A stretch of DNA of 64,000 nucleotides, taken from positions 6,907 to 70,906 of the forward strand of contig QHBK01000017.1 of assembly GCA_003244105.1 (NCBI GenBank), written 5' to 3'. The stretch is from Candidatus Eremiobacter antarcticus. GTDB taxonomy: Bacteria > Vulcanimicrobiota > Vulcanimicrobiia > Eremiobacterales > Eremiobacteraceae. Shown piece by piece: positions 8,777-18,626 of the stretch. Both the position numbers and the translations under genes were made by a program. Numbering within the stretch: the first letter of the stretch is position 1; each line of letters starts with the position of its first letter. The notes beneath the pieces are model-generated. The model saw only the letters and a program-made list of their open reading frames with translations, did not search any database and was not told the DNA's origin.

Positions 8777-9675
8777 GACCCGCTTATGGCCTTGCGCGCG
8801 AACACGATGAGCGCCCACACCATCGCCAGATACAAGACATAGCGGCCGACCAAGGCCACGCACAGCGACCAATACCACAACAGGCCGTGGTGCTTGATCC
8901 AATAGAGCCGCCGGCTGCGTTGCCGCCAACCGAGCACGCCGCTTTTGCCCCACGTCTGGCGCGAACCGCCTTCTTCCCCGGCGTGGGTGACCACGCACTG
9001 CGGAAGGTAGACCACGCGCTGCCCTCGGTCACGCAGGCGATGCGCGAAATCGATCTCCTCATGATACAGGAAAAAGCGCTCGTCGAAGCCGTCCAACGCG
9101 CGGAAGATCTCCGTGCGGATGAACATGGCGGCGCCGACGACGAGATCCACGTCGCGCTCGCCGGCGTAGCCCCACTGGCGCAGGCCCCAGCCATTCTGCT
9201 GTCTGCGGAACGGCGCAAGGCGACCCCAGGCAGAGCTACGTAGAAAAGCCTGCCACCAGGTATCGAATTCCCCGCACGAGTCGGCGAGCGAGCCGTCCTC
9301 ATGCAAAAGCTTCACGCCGGCCATCGCGACGTCGGGTTGAGCCTGAAAATAGTCCACCGCGTTGCGCAGAAGACCCGGGTGAGCGCGCGCGTCGGGGTTG
9401 AGAAAGAAGAGCAAGGGCGACGCAGCCTCGCGCGCACCTCGATTGCAGCCCTTGGCGAAACCCAGGTTGGCTCCGTTCTCGATGATGAGCGCTTGCGGAA
9501 ACGCTGCACGGGCACGGGCCACGCTGTCATCGGCCGAACCGTTATCCGAGATGATGACCTGGGCGAAGTCGCGGTCGGACGCCACTTCAGGCAAAGCGGC
9601 CAGCGTTCGCAGGCACGCCTCCAGCTGAGCGGCGGCGTTGTAGCTCACGATGATAACGGAGACCTGTGGTGGCAC
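8773..9675 (-). CDS. family 2 glycosyltransferase
   Basis: VSVIIVSYNAAAQLEACLRTL...VIISDNGSADDS...GANLGFAKGCNRGA: GT-A fold with DxD-type and GT2 motifs. Confidence 0.85.
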   Translation of the reverse strand: MPPQVSVIIVSYNAAAQLEACLRTLAALPEVASDRDFAQVIISDNGSADDSVARARAAFPQALIIENGANLGFAKGCNRGAREAASPLLFFLNPDARAHPGLLRNAVDYFQAQPDVAMAGVKLLHEDGSLADSCGEFDTWWQAFLRSSAWGRLAPFRRQQNGWGLRQWGYAGERDVDLVVGAAMFIRTEIFRALDGFDERFFLYHEEIDFAHRLRDRGQRVVYLPQCVVTHAGEEGGSRQTWGKSGVLGWRQRSRRLYWIKHHGLLWYWSLCVALVGRYVLYLAMVWALIVFARKAISGS

Positions 9676-9721
9676 CGCATTGCGTTTCTCTACAAAACCG
9701 GGCCGTCATGCCTGACCGCGG

Positions 9722-9750
9722 ATAAGAAAAAGAGCGTCACGCTGACGCTC
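9722..9750 (-). terminator. rho-independent terminator downstream of the DUF1858 gene
   Basis: Minus strand reads GAGCGTCA-gcg-TGACGCTC followed by TTTTTCTTATC. Confidence 0.6.
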
Positions 9751-9809
9751 GGGGTGGAACCGCTTGTGGCATCTGCGACGGCCTTGCGGCCGCGGGATAC
9801 CGGCTGGAC

Positions 9810-10097
9810 TTAGGAAGCTGCGGCCACTTGGGCAGGCTCACGGTCGTCCAACGCATTGAGCGCGTCGAGGATCATGGCCAGCGGAATTCCGTACCCTTCG
9901 CTCACTTGCTCGAGGGTTTCGAATTCAGAAATGGCGCAGTGGGCGCAACCGCCCAGGTGAAAATTGGCGAAGACCGCTCTCGCACCAGGGTGGAGAGCAA
10001 AGGCTTCGCCGACCGTAAGATCTTGATGGAAACGTAAACTGTCTGTACTGACGGCGACCACCCCCCTTTCCCGTCGTGCGCCGCCATTTTGTCTCAT
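9810..10097 (-). CDS. DUF1858 domain protein (hybrid-cluster-protein-associated redox-disulfide-type domain)
   Basis: DLTVGEAFALHPGARAVFANFHLGGCAHCAISEFETLEQVSEGYGIPLAMILDALN fits the ~60-aa DUF1858 fold with the central CxxC. Start uncertain: ATG 10097, or an internal GTG preceded by GAAAGGGGGG. Confidence 0.6.
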   Translation of the reverse strand: MRQNGGARRERGVVAVSTDSLRFHQDLTVGEAFALHPGARAVFANFHLGGCAHCAISEFETLEQVSEGYGIPLAMILDALNALDDREPAQVAAAS

Positions 10098-10181
10098 CTC
10101 TAGCGGCAACCGCAGGTTCGATACAAGGGCAATATTCGGCTTGAAGGCCCCAAAACCTGTCGGGGCAGGACGCTCGAAGGC

Positions 10182-11286
10182 TTATGCGGCGGGAGTGCGG
10201 CGCCGTTGCTGCAGATACGCCCACATGAATTGATCGAGGTCACCGTCGAGGACCCCCTGGGCGTTGGGCATCTTCACTTCGGTGCGGTGGTCGTTCACCA
10301 TCGTGTAAGGCTGCAGCGTGTAGGAGCGGATCTGGCTGCCCCACTCGATAGCGCTTTTCTCGCCACCCAGAGCAGCGAGCTTGGCCGCGCGCTCGTCGCG
10401 CTCTCGCTGGGCGAGTTTGGCGGCCAGCATCTTCATGGCGCGATTGCGGTTGGCCAGCTGCGAGCGCTCGTTCTGACAGGCGACGATGATGCCGGTGGGC
10501 TTGTGGATGATGCGGATGGCGCTTTCCGTCTTGTTGACGTACTGACCGCCGGCGCCGCCGCTCTTATAGGTCTCGATCTGAATCTCGTCGGGCTTGATCT
10601 CGACTGCCTCACCCTCTTCGACGTCGGGCACGACGTCGACGGACGCGAACGAGGTGTGACGCCGCTTGGCCGCGTCGAACGGGGAGATGCGCACGAGCCG
10701 GTGCACCCCGCGTTCGCTTTCCAGATACCCATACGAGTTCGGACCCGCGATGAGCAGCGTCGCGCTCTTCAGTCCGGCCTCGTCGCCTTCCAGCGTATCC
10801 AGCAGCTCGGTCCGATAGTCGTGACGCTCGGCCCAGCGGATGTACATGCGCAGGAGCATGGCCGTCCAGTCGCACGCCTCGGTCCCCCCTGCGCCCGCAT
10901 GGATGATCACGAAAGCGTCGTGACGGTCGTACTCGCCGTCCAAGATCGCCGTCATCTCCGCCTGTTCGACGCCTGTTTGCAGGCGCTCGAGTTCTTGGCC
11001 GACTTCGCTCTCCAGCGCTTCGTCGGACTCGCCCAACTCGATGAACTCCCGAAGTTCGGTCGTTTTCACCGCTAGACGTTGCAGCGTCTCGACGTCCGCC
11101 CGAACCGCGGACAGGTCTTTCATGCGCGCCTGGGCTGCCGCAGGGTCGTTCCAAAACTCTGGGGCTTGAGTCTCTTTCTCGAGCTCGCCTATGCGCTTGA
11201 GCTTGCCGGCATAGTCAAAGACGCACTTGCAGCGTCTGCAAGCGGTCCTCGATCTTCTGCAAGTCGGTGCGAAGCTGCTCGTTCAT
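10182..11286 (-). CDS. prfB: peptide chain release factor 2, expressed through a programmed +1 ribosomal frameshift
   Basis: Track ORF 10182-11123 carries SGGAGGQYVNKTESA (GGQ motif) but lacks the RF2 N-terminus. Upstream, ATG 11286 opens a 23-codon frame, MNEQLRTDLQKIEDRLQTLQVRL, ending in CTT TGA C at 11220-11214. A shift to +1 continues DYAGKLKRIGELEKETQAPEFWNDPAAAQARMKDLSAV into the long ORF. Confidence 0.92.
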
Positions 11287-11291
11287 GCTCG

Positions 11292-14042
11292 TTAGACCGC
11301 CGCCAAGCCGTGGCACTTCTTGTACTTCTTGCCTGAACCGCACGGACATGGATCGTTGCGCCCGACTTTCTTCTCGGCTTTACGGACCGGCGCAGGGCCG
11401 GCGGCGTCTTCGCGGTTCGTGTGCAGCTGATCGAATCGCCGCAGCGCTCTCGCGTCCGCGGCCGGCATGGTCGAACCCAGTCCGCCGTTTCCCGGGCCGA
11501 TCGCCTGGCCGCGTGAGGGAACGGGCCCGTTCGCTGCGCCCGCAAAACCTGTCTCGGCGGGCAGCTCGCGAACATCGTGCGGCGGGTGCTCCTGCGCGGG
11601 CGAGCCGTCTTGCTGCTGCACGACGATGTGGAAGTCGTCGCCTTGGAACATCGCCGTCGAGAACTCGTCTTGAATGGCGATCTTGAGATCCTCGAACAGC
11701 TCGAAGGCTTCTTTTTCGTACTCCACGCGCGGATCTTTTTGACCCCAGCCGCGCAGCCCGATGCCCTGCTTCAGGCTGTCCATCGTGTAGAGATGGTCGA
11801 TCCACAGCCGGTCGATGATCTGCAGCATCGTCGCCCGTTCCAAACCGCGCAGCGCTTCGCGCAGGGCGGTGCCGTCGAGATCCGGATAGCGCGCGACCAT
11901 GCGATCCTCTTTTTCGCTGTACATCGCGTCGGCTTCGCGAGCGAGCAGGTCCACCATCTCCGGCTTCGCGAGCGGCTCAAGGTCCGCGGCGCTGACGCGT
12001 TTACTGATGCCCCGCACGGAAGCTTCCAGATCGGTGAGGATCTGGGCGCGGTCCCATTCGTGCGGATGCACGCTGTCGGCGCAGTTGGCGTCGACCGCCT
12101 GCTGCGCTTTCTGGCGGAGGATCTCGGTCAAAGATGGCCGGAGGTCGTGGCCTTCGAGCACGCGGCGGCGCTCCGCGTAGACGACGGAACGCTGCTTGTT
12201 CATGACGTCGTCGTATTCGAGGACGTGCTTGCGCTGCTCGTAGTTGTGCGCTTCGACTTTCTTCTGCGCGTTCTCGATGCTCTTCGTCAGAATGCCCGCC
12301 TCGATGGGCGTGTCGTCATCGATCTTGAACAGTTCCATGGTCGAGCGGATGCGCTCGCCGCCGAAGATGCGCATCAGCTCGTCGTCCAGACCGACGTAGA
12401 AGCGCGACGACCCCGGGTCGCCTTGGCGCCCGGAGCGGCCGCGCAGCTGATTGTCGATGCGCCTGGACTCGTGGCGCTCCGTGCCGATGATGTGCAATCC
12501 GCCCGCATCGGCCACGCCTCCGCCCAATTTGATGTCGACGCCGCGGCCGGCCATGTTGGTGGCGATGGTCACCTTGCCGGGAAGGCCGGCGTCCTTGATG
12601 ATCTCGGCCTCTTTCTCGTGGTACTTGGCGTTGAGCACGTTGTGATCGATGCCGCGTTTTGAAAGCAGCGCGGAAAGGCGCTCGGATTTCTCGATCGAGC
12701 GCGTGCCCACGAGCACGGGCCGCCCGGCCGTGTGCAAGTCCACGATCTCGTTGATGACCGCCCGAAACTTGCCGCTCTCTTCTTTATAGACGACGTCGTC
12801 GTGGTCGCGGCGGTGCACCGGCTGATTCGTCGGAATGGCGAGCACGTCCAGCCCATAGATGTCGCGGAACTCCCGCTCTTCCGTCTTGGCCGTCCCGGTC
12901 ATCCCGGCCAGCTTCTTGTAGAGGCGGAAATAGTTCTGGAAGGTGATGGTCGCGAGGGTCTGATCCTCGCTCTTGACCTTGATGCCTTCTTTGGCCTCGA
13001 TGGCTTGGTGGATGCCATCGGAGTAGCGGCGCCCGTACATCAACCGGCCGGTGAACTCGTCGACGATGATGATCTCGCCGTCCTTGACGACGTACTGCTC
13101 GTCTAAGTGGAAGAGCTCTTTGGCTTTGAGGGCGGCCTGCAGTTGGTGCGTCAGCTCCAGATTCGTCGGGTCGTACAGATTTTGCACGCCCAAGATCTTC
13201 TCGACCTTCGCGACGCCCTTCTCCGTGATGGGCACTGCGTGCATCTTCTCATCGACCGTGTAGTCCTCGTCTTTTTTGAGTGTAGGCATGATGGTGCGCG
13301 CGAAGTGCTCGTACAGGTGCGAGGTCTCCTTATAGGCGGTCCCCAGCACCGCTTCCGGCGAGCCGCTGATGATGAGCGGCGTGCGCGCTTCGTCGATCAA
13401 GATCGAGTCGACCTCATCGACGATGGCATACCAGAGATCGCGCTGCACGCAATAGGCTAAGTGCGGCGCCATGTTGTCGCGCAGATAGTCGAAGCCGGCC
13501 TCGTTGTTGGTGACGTAGGTGACGTCGCTTGCGTAAGCGGTGCGGCGCTGCGTTGGTTCCAAGAAATGCTGGATGACGCCCACGGAGAGGCCGAGGAAAC
13601 GGTAGACGGGGGCCATCCATTCCGCGTCGCGCTTCGCGAGATAGTCGTTGACGGTGACCAGGTGGACGCCTTTGCCCGGTAAGGCATTGAGGTACACGGG
13701 CAAGGTGGCGACGAGCGTCTTGCCCTCGCCGGTGCGCATCTCTGCGACCTTGCCTTCGTGCAGCACCATGCCGCCGATGAGCTGCACGTCGAAATGACGC
13801 ATGCCCAACGTGCGCTTAGCGGCCTCGCGGCACACTGCGAACGCTTCCACCAGCAGGTCGTCGAGCGGCGCTCCGTTCTCCAGACGTTGCCGGTATTCGG
13901 GAGTCTTCGCGGCGAGCTGCTCGTCGCTGAAGCTTTGGATGTTGGGCTCCAGCTCGTTGATGCGGGCCGCGATCTTGCGCAGCCGAGCGACTTCGCGGTC
14001 GTTGCCGTCCACGAACGAACGGATATTCCTCAAAAAGGACAC
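11292..14042 (-). CDS. secA: preprotein translocase ATPase SecA
   Basis: 916 aa with DEAD-like motor motifs, preprotein cross-linking domain, and the C-terminal zinc finger [14 protein letters not shown]. Confidence 0.97.
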   Translation of the reverse strand: MSFLRNIRSFVDGNDREVARLRKIAARINELEPNIQSFSDEQLAAKTPEYRQRLENGAPLDDLLVEAFAVCREAAKRTLGMRHFDVQLIGGMVLHEGKVAEMRTGEGKTLVATLPVYLNALPGKGVHLVTVNDYLAKRDAEWMAPVYRFLGLSVGVIQHFLEPTQRRTAYASDVTYVTNNEAGFDYLRDNMAPHLAYCVQRDLWYAIVDEVDSILIDEARTPLIISGSPEAVLGTAYKETSHLYEHFARTIMPTLKKDEDYTVDEKMHAVPITEKGVAKVEKILGVQNLYDPTNLELTHQLQAALKAKELFHLDEQYVVKDGEIIIVDEFTGRLMYGRRYSDGIHQAIEAKEGIKVKSEDQTLATITFQNYFRLYKKLAGMTGTAKTEEREFRDIYGLDVLAIPTNQPVHRRDHDDVVYKEESGKFRAVINEIVDLHTAGRPVLVGTRSIEKSERLSALLSKRGIDHNVLNAKYHEKEAEIIKDAGLPGKVTIATNMAGRGVDIKLGGGVADAGGLHIIGTERHESRRIDNQLRGRSGRQGDPGSSRFYVGLDDELMRIFGGERIRSTMELFKIDDDTPIEAGILTKSIENAQKKVEAHNYEQRKHVLEYDDVMNKQRSVVYAERRRVLEGHDLRPSLTEILRQKAQQAVDANCADSVHPHEWDRAQILTDLEASVRGISKRVSAADLEPLAKPEMVDLLAREADAMYSEKEDRMVARYPDLDGTALREALRGLERATMLQIIDRLWIDHLYTMDSLKQGIGLRGWGQKDPRVEYEKEAFELFEDLKIAIQDEFSTAMFQGDDFHIVVQQQDGSPAQEHPPHDVRELPAETGFAGAANGPVPSRGQAIGPGNGGLGSTMPAADARALRRFDQLHTNREDAAGPAPVRKAEKKVGRNDPCPCGSGKKYKKCHGLAAV

Positions 14043-14087
14043 GTGGATGTCATTCCTTGCAGATGTTCAAGCCGGCGCCCGCTGGCT

Positions 14088-14636
14088 CTACGATACCGGC
14101 TCGATGAGGCCCAAGTTGCCTCCACGCCTCTTATACAAAACGTTGAGCGCGCCGGTTTCGTCGTTGAGAAAGATGAAAAAGTCGTGACCGAGCAGATCCA
14201 TCTGATGAGCTGCGTCCTGTGCGGTCATGGGCGCGACGCCGATGCGCTTGGAGCGCACGATGCGCAGCTCTTTGTCCGATTCCTCAATATCCTCAGCATC
14301 CGGCTTGGCGCGCGAGCGCCCCGATGGCGCAGCTCCGTTCGTCTTGGTGTGGTGCCGCCAGTGCCTGGTCTTGTATTTGCGGATCTGCTGCTCGAGCCTG
14401 TCGCGCACCAAATCGATCGAGGCGTACATGTCGGCCGAACGCTCCTCGGCTTTGATCAGATAGTGCTTCAAGTTCAGCACGACATCGACGATCTGCTGCT
14501 CCCGTTCGGTGCGCAGCGTCACGTGCGCCTCGAGGATGTTGTCCAAGTAATGCGTGACGTGGCCGATTTTCTCTTCGGCATACTCCTTAAGGGGTCGCGT
14601 CAGCCGCAGATTGCGGCCTTTGATGTAGATCTTCAT
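14088..14636 (-). CDS. hpf: ribosome hibernation promoting factor, long form
   Basis: MKIYIKGRNLRLTRPLKEYAEEKIGHVTHYLDNILEAHVTL (S30AE domain) plus a C-terminal dimerisation domain. The hpf-secA-prfB order matches Firmicutes yvyD-secA-prfB. Confidence 0.9.
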   Translation of the reverse strand: MKIYIKGRNLRLTRPLKEYAEEKIGHVTHYLDNILEAHVTLRTEREQQIVDVVLNLKHYLIKAEERSADMYASIDLVRDRLEQQIRKYKTRHWRHHTKTNGAAPSGRSRAKPDAEDIEESDKELRIVRSKRIGVAPMTAQDAAHQMDLLGHDFFIFLNDETGALNVLYKRRGGNLGLIEPVS

Positions 14637-14664
14637 CGGCGGGGCTGCAGTCGGGATATCGGCG

Positions 14665-14889
14665 TCAAGTGGCGGCTCCTTGAGGCGTTTTCCAGCGTTT
14701 GAAATGCGCTCCTGCCGTAAGAGGACCTGCGAGCGGCGGAGCCGCGAACAGCATGTGATGCTCGCGCGCGTACAGGGCTATCACGATGAGCAGAGCCGCT
14801 AGAACGATCACGATCGCCACGCGCGCGATGATATACGGACGCTGCGGTCTGGTCTTGATGATCTGCCGGCGCTGCGGTTCGCGGTGCAT
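14665..14889 (-). CDS. small hypothetical membrane protein (74 aa, one TM helix)
   Basis: GGAGG sits 5 nt upstream of ATG 14889. The frame has high GC3 and a hydrophobic segment VAIVIVLAALLIVIALY. It lies between the deacetylase stop and the hpf start. Confidence 0.45.
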   Translation of the reverse strand: MHREPQRRQIIKTRPQRPYIIARVAIVIVLAALLIVIALYAREHHMLFAAPPLAGPLTAGAHFKRWKTPQGAAT

Positions 14890-14916
14890 GGAAACCTCCG
14901 ATCACACGTGTGGCCT

Positions 14917-15747
14917 CTAGAGCGGCGTCTTCTCGGGGTCGTTGATGACGTCGAGCGGCACGCGTTCGCGCAGCTGCGCCAATGAGACGAAGCTGAACCC
15001 GGCGGCGCGGTAGGCCCGCACGATGCCCGCCAACGCTTGGATTGTCGCTGTCCGTCCGTTGTGTAAGAGGATGATCGCGGGCGCGCGCGCCTGCGCCTTG
15101 ACGTTGCTGACAATCTGCTGGGCGCTGATCCTGCGCCAATCGCCAGGATCCACATCCCACAGCACGACGGTCTGTCCTTCCGAACGCGCGGCCGTGATGG
15201 TCGCGGCATCGAAATTGCCGTGAGGCGGCCGGAAGCATGTGGTCGCGACACGGGTCACGTCCGCGATGGCGGCTTTGCCGGCCGCGATTTCGCGGTGCTG
15301 TTGCGCCACAGGCATCCCGACTATTTCGGGGTGCGTCAGCGTATGATCGCAGAACTCCAAGCCGTCAGCCGCGGCTCGCTGCGCGATCGCCGGCTGCTGT
15401 CTGACATCGCGACCGATCAGGAAGAACACCGCCGGCACCCCAAGCGCCTTGAGGCGAGCGATCAACACGGGCGTGGTCACGGGATACGGCCCGTCATCGA
15501 AGGTGAGCACGGCCAGGCGTGGACGCAGCGGCGGTGAAACTGCATCGCGCACGTCGACGGCCATGCGCTGCAAAACGGCAGCCGGTGGCGGATGCACGAC
15601 GGCCGAGGGCTGCACATCGTCCGGCACGATGATGCTGAGCGATGCGAGTTCGGCGTGATGGATCCAGCGCCGCAGGAACACCACCGCAGCGAACAACACG
15701 ACGAGCGCCAGCCACGCCTGCGCCCTACGGGGGAAACGGCGCATCAT
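14917..15747 (-). CDS. polysaccharide deacetylase (CE4 / NodB homology domain)
   Basis: N-terminal TM anchor, then LTFDDGPYPVTTPVLIARLKALGVPAVFFLIG...CDHTLTHPE matching NodB catalytic motifs (TFDDG, HxxxH). Confidence 0.85.
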   Translation of the reverse strand: MMRRFPRRAQAWLALVVLFAAVVFLRRWIHHAELASLSIIVPDDVQPSAVVHPPPAAVLQRMAVDVRDAVSPPLRPRLAVLTFDDGPYPVTTPVLIARLKALGVPAVFFLIGRDVRQQPAIAQRAAADGLEFCDHTLTHPEIVGMPVAQQHREIAAGKAAIADVTRVATTCFRPPHGNFDAATITAARSEGQTVVLWDVDPGDWRRISAQQIVSNVKAQARAPAIILLHNGRTATIQALAGIVRAYRAAGFSFVSLAQLRERVPLDVINDPEKTPL

Positions 15748-15756
15748 CTTTTTGAA

Positions 15757-17058
15757 CTATTGTACGCGGTAATCGCGGCCCACGACGATGTCGACGTCCA
15801 CGCCGTCAACGCGTCCGACCGCGATCTTCGGATTCTTAATGGGAAGCCGCTTTGCGACCTCGCCCATCACGTGCTGATCGTGGCCCTTGATCGTCGTGGT
15901 CGAATTGTCGAAGGTCTTCGCGTTACCGGTCTGCACGACGTCGAATCCGCGTTGGCGCAAGAAGAGCGCCATGGCAGAAGCCGCACCAGGAGTCCCGGAG
16001 CCGTTCTCAATGCGGACGTGCACGGTCGAAGGGTCGAAGGCGCTGCCGAAGCCTGCCACCAGGTACTTGGCCACGACAGAACGAGCGGTGTCGCGCGCGA
16101 ACAAAACCGATTCGCCCGCGATCCAGCCTTCGTCGGCCGGCAGTTGCAGGCTGTGCACCATCTGCGGCGTCACGTCGCGCAAGCCGAGCGCGAGATCGTA
16201 GAGCTTGCCGAAAGGCATATCCATGCGCACGTTGTCTTTGACGATGCCGAGCAGTGATGGGAGGTGCAGCGCGATGCTCGGATCGCGAAGCCGCCTTGCC
16301 AAAAGCTGGACGACCTGGCGCTGCCGGCGCATGCGCCCGAAGTCGCCCTCTTCATCGTGGCGGAATCGGATGTAGCCCACGGTCTGCTCGCCGCTCAGAT
16401 GCGCGGGGCCCGCTTTGAGGTGGATGTGCAGATGGCCCCACGTATCGTCATAGTCCATGCTTTTTTCTACGTTCACATCCAGGCCGCCGAGGGCGTCCAC
16501 GATGTTCTTGGTCGCATCGATCTTGAGCACCATGTAATAGTCGAAGGGCGGTGTGGCCAAGTTCTTGATGACGGTCGCCTCGGTGCGCAAAGGACCGCCG
16601 TCGGAGAACGCTTCGTTGACCTTGCCGTAACCGGACTTGGGTATGTAGACCCACAGGTCGCGGGGGATGGAGACGATGTTCACCTGTTTAGAAGTCAGGT
16701 CGACGTTCACGGCCAACAGGGTGTCGGTGCGCGCGCCCGCCGTGAAGCCTTCGTCTTTATCGCTCCAGTTTTCGTCCAAGCCCATGACGAGAACGCGCAG
16801 GTTCGGTTTTCCGAAGACGCGCGCTAGGTCGGGCTTCGGTAGGAACGGCTGCAAAGCGCCCGCGAGGCCGTGCGAGCGTACGTGAAGCGCGAACAGGCCG
16901 GCGGCGAGGACGATCACGCCCCCCAGCAATGCTAAAAGAAGGCGGAAGCGCGGCCGATCGGACCGGGGACGCCGCGGCGGCGCGCCCAGGTCAGAGGTGC
17001 TTGGCTCTTCGGCACCGTCAAGGGGCGGCAGAAACTGCGTGTCGTCGAAGTCCGGCAA
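15757..17058 (-). CDS. LytR-CpsA-Psr (LCP) family cell-envelope glycopolymer phosphotransferase
   Basis: N-terminal TM helix, LCP core (TDTLLAVNVDLTSKQVNIVSIPRDLWVYIP...GKVNEAF...ATVIKNL), and a C-terminal LytR_C-like region. Confidence 0.85.
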   Translation of the reverse strand: MPDFDDTQFLPPLDGAEEPSTSDLGAPPRRPRSDRPRFRLLLALLGGVIVLAAGLFALHVRSHGLAGALQPFLPKPDLARVFGKPNLRVLVMGLDENWSDKDEGFTAGARTDTLLAVNVDLTSKQVNIVSIPRDLWVYIPKSGYGKVNEAFSDGGPLRTEATVIKNLATPPFDYYMVLKIDATKNIVDALGGLDVNVEKSMDYDDTWGHLHIHLKAGPAHLSGEQTVGYIRFRHDEEGDFGRMRRQRQVVQLLARRLRDPSIALHLPSLLGIVKDNVRMDMPFGKLYDLALGLRDVTPQMVHSLQLPADEGWIAGESVLFARDTARSVVAKYLVAGFGSAFDPSTVHVRIENGSGTPGAASAMALFLRQRGFDVVQTGNAKTFDNSTTTIKGHDQHVMGEVAKRLPIKNPKIAVGRVDGVDVDIVVGRDYRVQ

Positions 17059-17211
17059 CTAGATCCTTCTGTTACCCGAGGGCGGCGGGACCAACGCGGT
17101 CACATCCTCGAGAGCTTGCGAGCAAGGGCTCGCCGGCACAGCGTCGCGGCCAGCGTGACAACTCAAGCGAGCGTCCGCAGATTCCCTTTTGGGGAAGATG
17201 AGATATTGAGA

Positions 17212-17700
17212 TTATCGGTAGTTGACGAACTGAACGGGGAATTCCAACGGCAGTTCCTGCACGAGCGTGATGGCTTTTTGCAATTCGTCCTTCGACTTGC
17301 TCGATACGCGTATCTGCTCATCCTGGATCTGGGTGTTTGCCTTCAGCTTGGCAGACTTTATGGCCTCGGTGATCGTCTTGGCTTTGTCTTTGGCGATGCC
17401 TTGGGCGCACGTGATGACTTGGCGTACCGTGCCGCCGGCAGCGGGTTCAGGTTTGCCATATTGCAACGCCTTGAGCGGCACTCCGCGTTTCACGCACTTG
17501 CTCTGCAGGATGTCCACGACGTTTTTGCGCTTCAGCTCGTCGTCGGCCAAAACGGTCACCTCGAGGCCTGCCAATTCGATCGATGATTTGGAGTTTTTGA
17601 GATCGAACCGCGTCGCGATCTCGCGTTCGGTCTGGTTGACGGCGTCGGCCAGATTCTGGCGGTCCACCCGCGAGACGATGTCGAAAGAGAAATCACTCAT
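17212..17700 (-). CDS. yajQ: YajQ family (UPF0234) nucleotide-binding protein
   Basis: 162 aa, MSDFSFDIVSRVDRQNLADAVNQTEREIATRFDLKNSKSSIELAG..., colinear with YajQ over its whole length. Confidence 0.85.
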   Translation of the reverse strand: MSDFSFDIVSRVDRQNLADAVNQTEREIATRFDLKNSKSSIELAGLEVTVLADDELKRKNVVDILQSKCVKRGVPLKALQYGKPEPAAGGTVRQVITCAQGIAKDKAKTITEAIKSAKLKANTQIQDEQIRVSSKSKDELQKAITLVQELPLEFPVQFVNYR

Positions 17701-18526
17701 GCCGGCCGCCCGATTCGGTGGGGGACGGTTTCACCGCAAAGACCTTATCCTTCACCTGACCCGCTTGTCCAAGGGCGCCCAACTCCTTGCCGTCGATGCT
17801 CGCGACGACACCGCCCGCATTCCCGGCGCGCAGCGTGATCTCGCGTGCACCGTGGAACTCGCGCGTGGTTCCGGCCGGCAGGGTCTCGTACACCACGCGC
17901 TTGCCGTCAACCGTCACGGACAGCCAGCTGGGCTGCGTCAGCTGCAGCCGCAGATTGACGCCGGCTTCCTGCGTGGAACTGAGGCTGTTGCCCGCCGTGG
18001 CTTCCATCGTGTCTGTCTGACTGCCGGCCGCTGAGCCGTTCGCCGGACGGCTGCCGTTCGATCCGCCGGCAATCGGAGATCCTGAGCCGTCGTTCGTCGC
18101 CAACGGCCCAGCGTGCATGAGCCCGAACACGCTCACGGCGACCAGCCCGACGAGCACCACTGCCACTGTGGTGAGAGTGCCCAGCACCCATGGGAACCAG
18201 CGCGCGGTCTTGACCGGCTGCCGCGAAACCGGGTGGGACTCTGCCGTAAACGCACGAGCATCCGTCCCCGGCAGCCGCGCATAGCCAGAATCCGCAGCGT
18301 ACTCCTCGCGCAGACGAAGCACGAGTGGCGCCGGATCCAGTTTCAAGAGCGTGGCATAGTTCTGCAGAAAGCCCCGGACGTACACGAATTCTCCGATCGC
18401 GCCCCATTCCTCGCGTTCCAGGGCTTCGACGAACTTCGTGCGTATGCGCAGACGCCTGGCGACCTCGAGGATGCTCAAGCCCTGTCTCTCGCGACCGGAA
18501 GAAAGTGCTTCGCCTATGTTCGTCAT
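17693..18526 (-). CDS. rodZ: RodZ-like cytoskeleton/cell-shape protein (XRE-type HTH, TM segment, C-terminal DUF4115-like domain)
   Basis: MTNIGEALSSGRERQGLSILEVARRLRIRTKFVEALEREEW (HTH), TM helix TTVAVVLVGLVAV, and a C-terminal beta-rich domain. Start taken at ATG ~18526, not the longer track ORF. Confidence 0.7.
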   Translation of the reverse strand: MTNIGEALSSGRERQGLSILEVARRLRIRTKFVEALEREEWGAIGEFVYVRGFLQNYATLLKLDPAPLVLRLREEYAADSGYARLPGTDARAFTAESHPVSRQPVKTARWFPWVLGTLTTVAVVLVGLVAVSVFGLMHAGPLATNDGSGSPIAGGSNGSRPANGSAAGSQTDTMEATAGNSLSSTQEAGVNLRLQLTQPSWLSVTVDGKRVVYETLPAGTTREFHGAREITLRAGNAGGVVASIDGKELGALGQAGQVKDKVFAVKPSPTESGGRHE

Positions 18527-18626
18527 GACAACCTCGGCGATGCCCGCGGCGGGTGAAGCGGAACCAGCAACGCGCCCAAAACGTCCGATCGCGTGGCGGC
18601 TGCGTAGGATAATACGAACTGATGGT

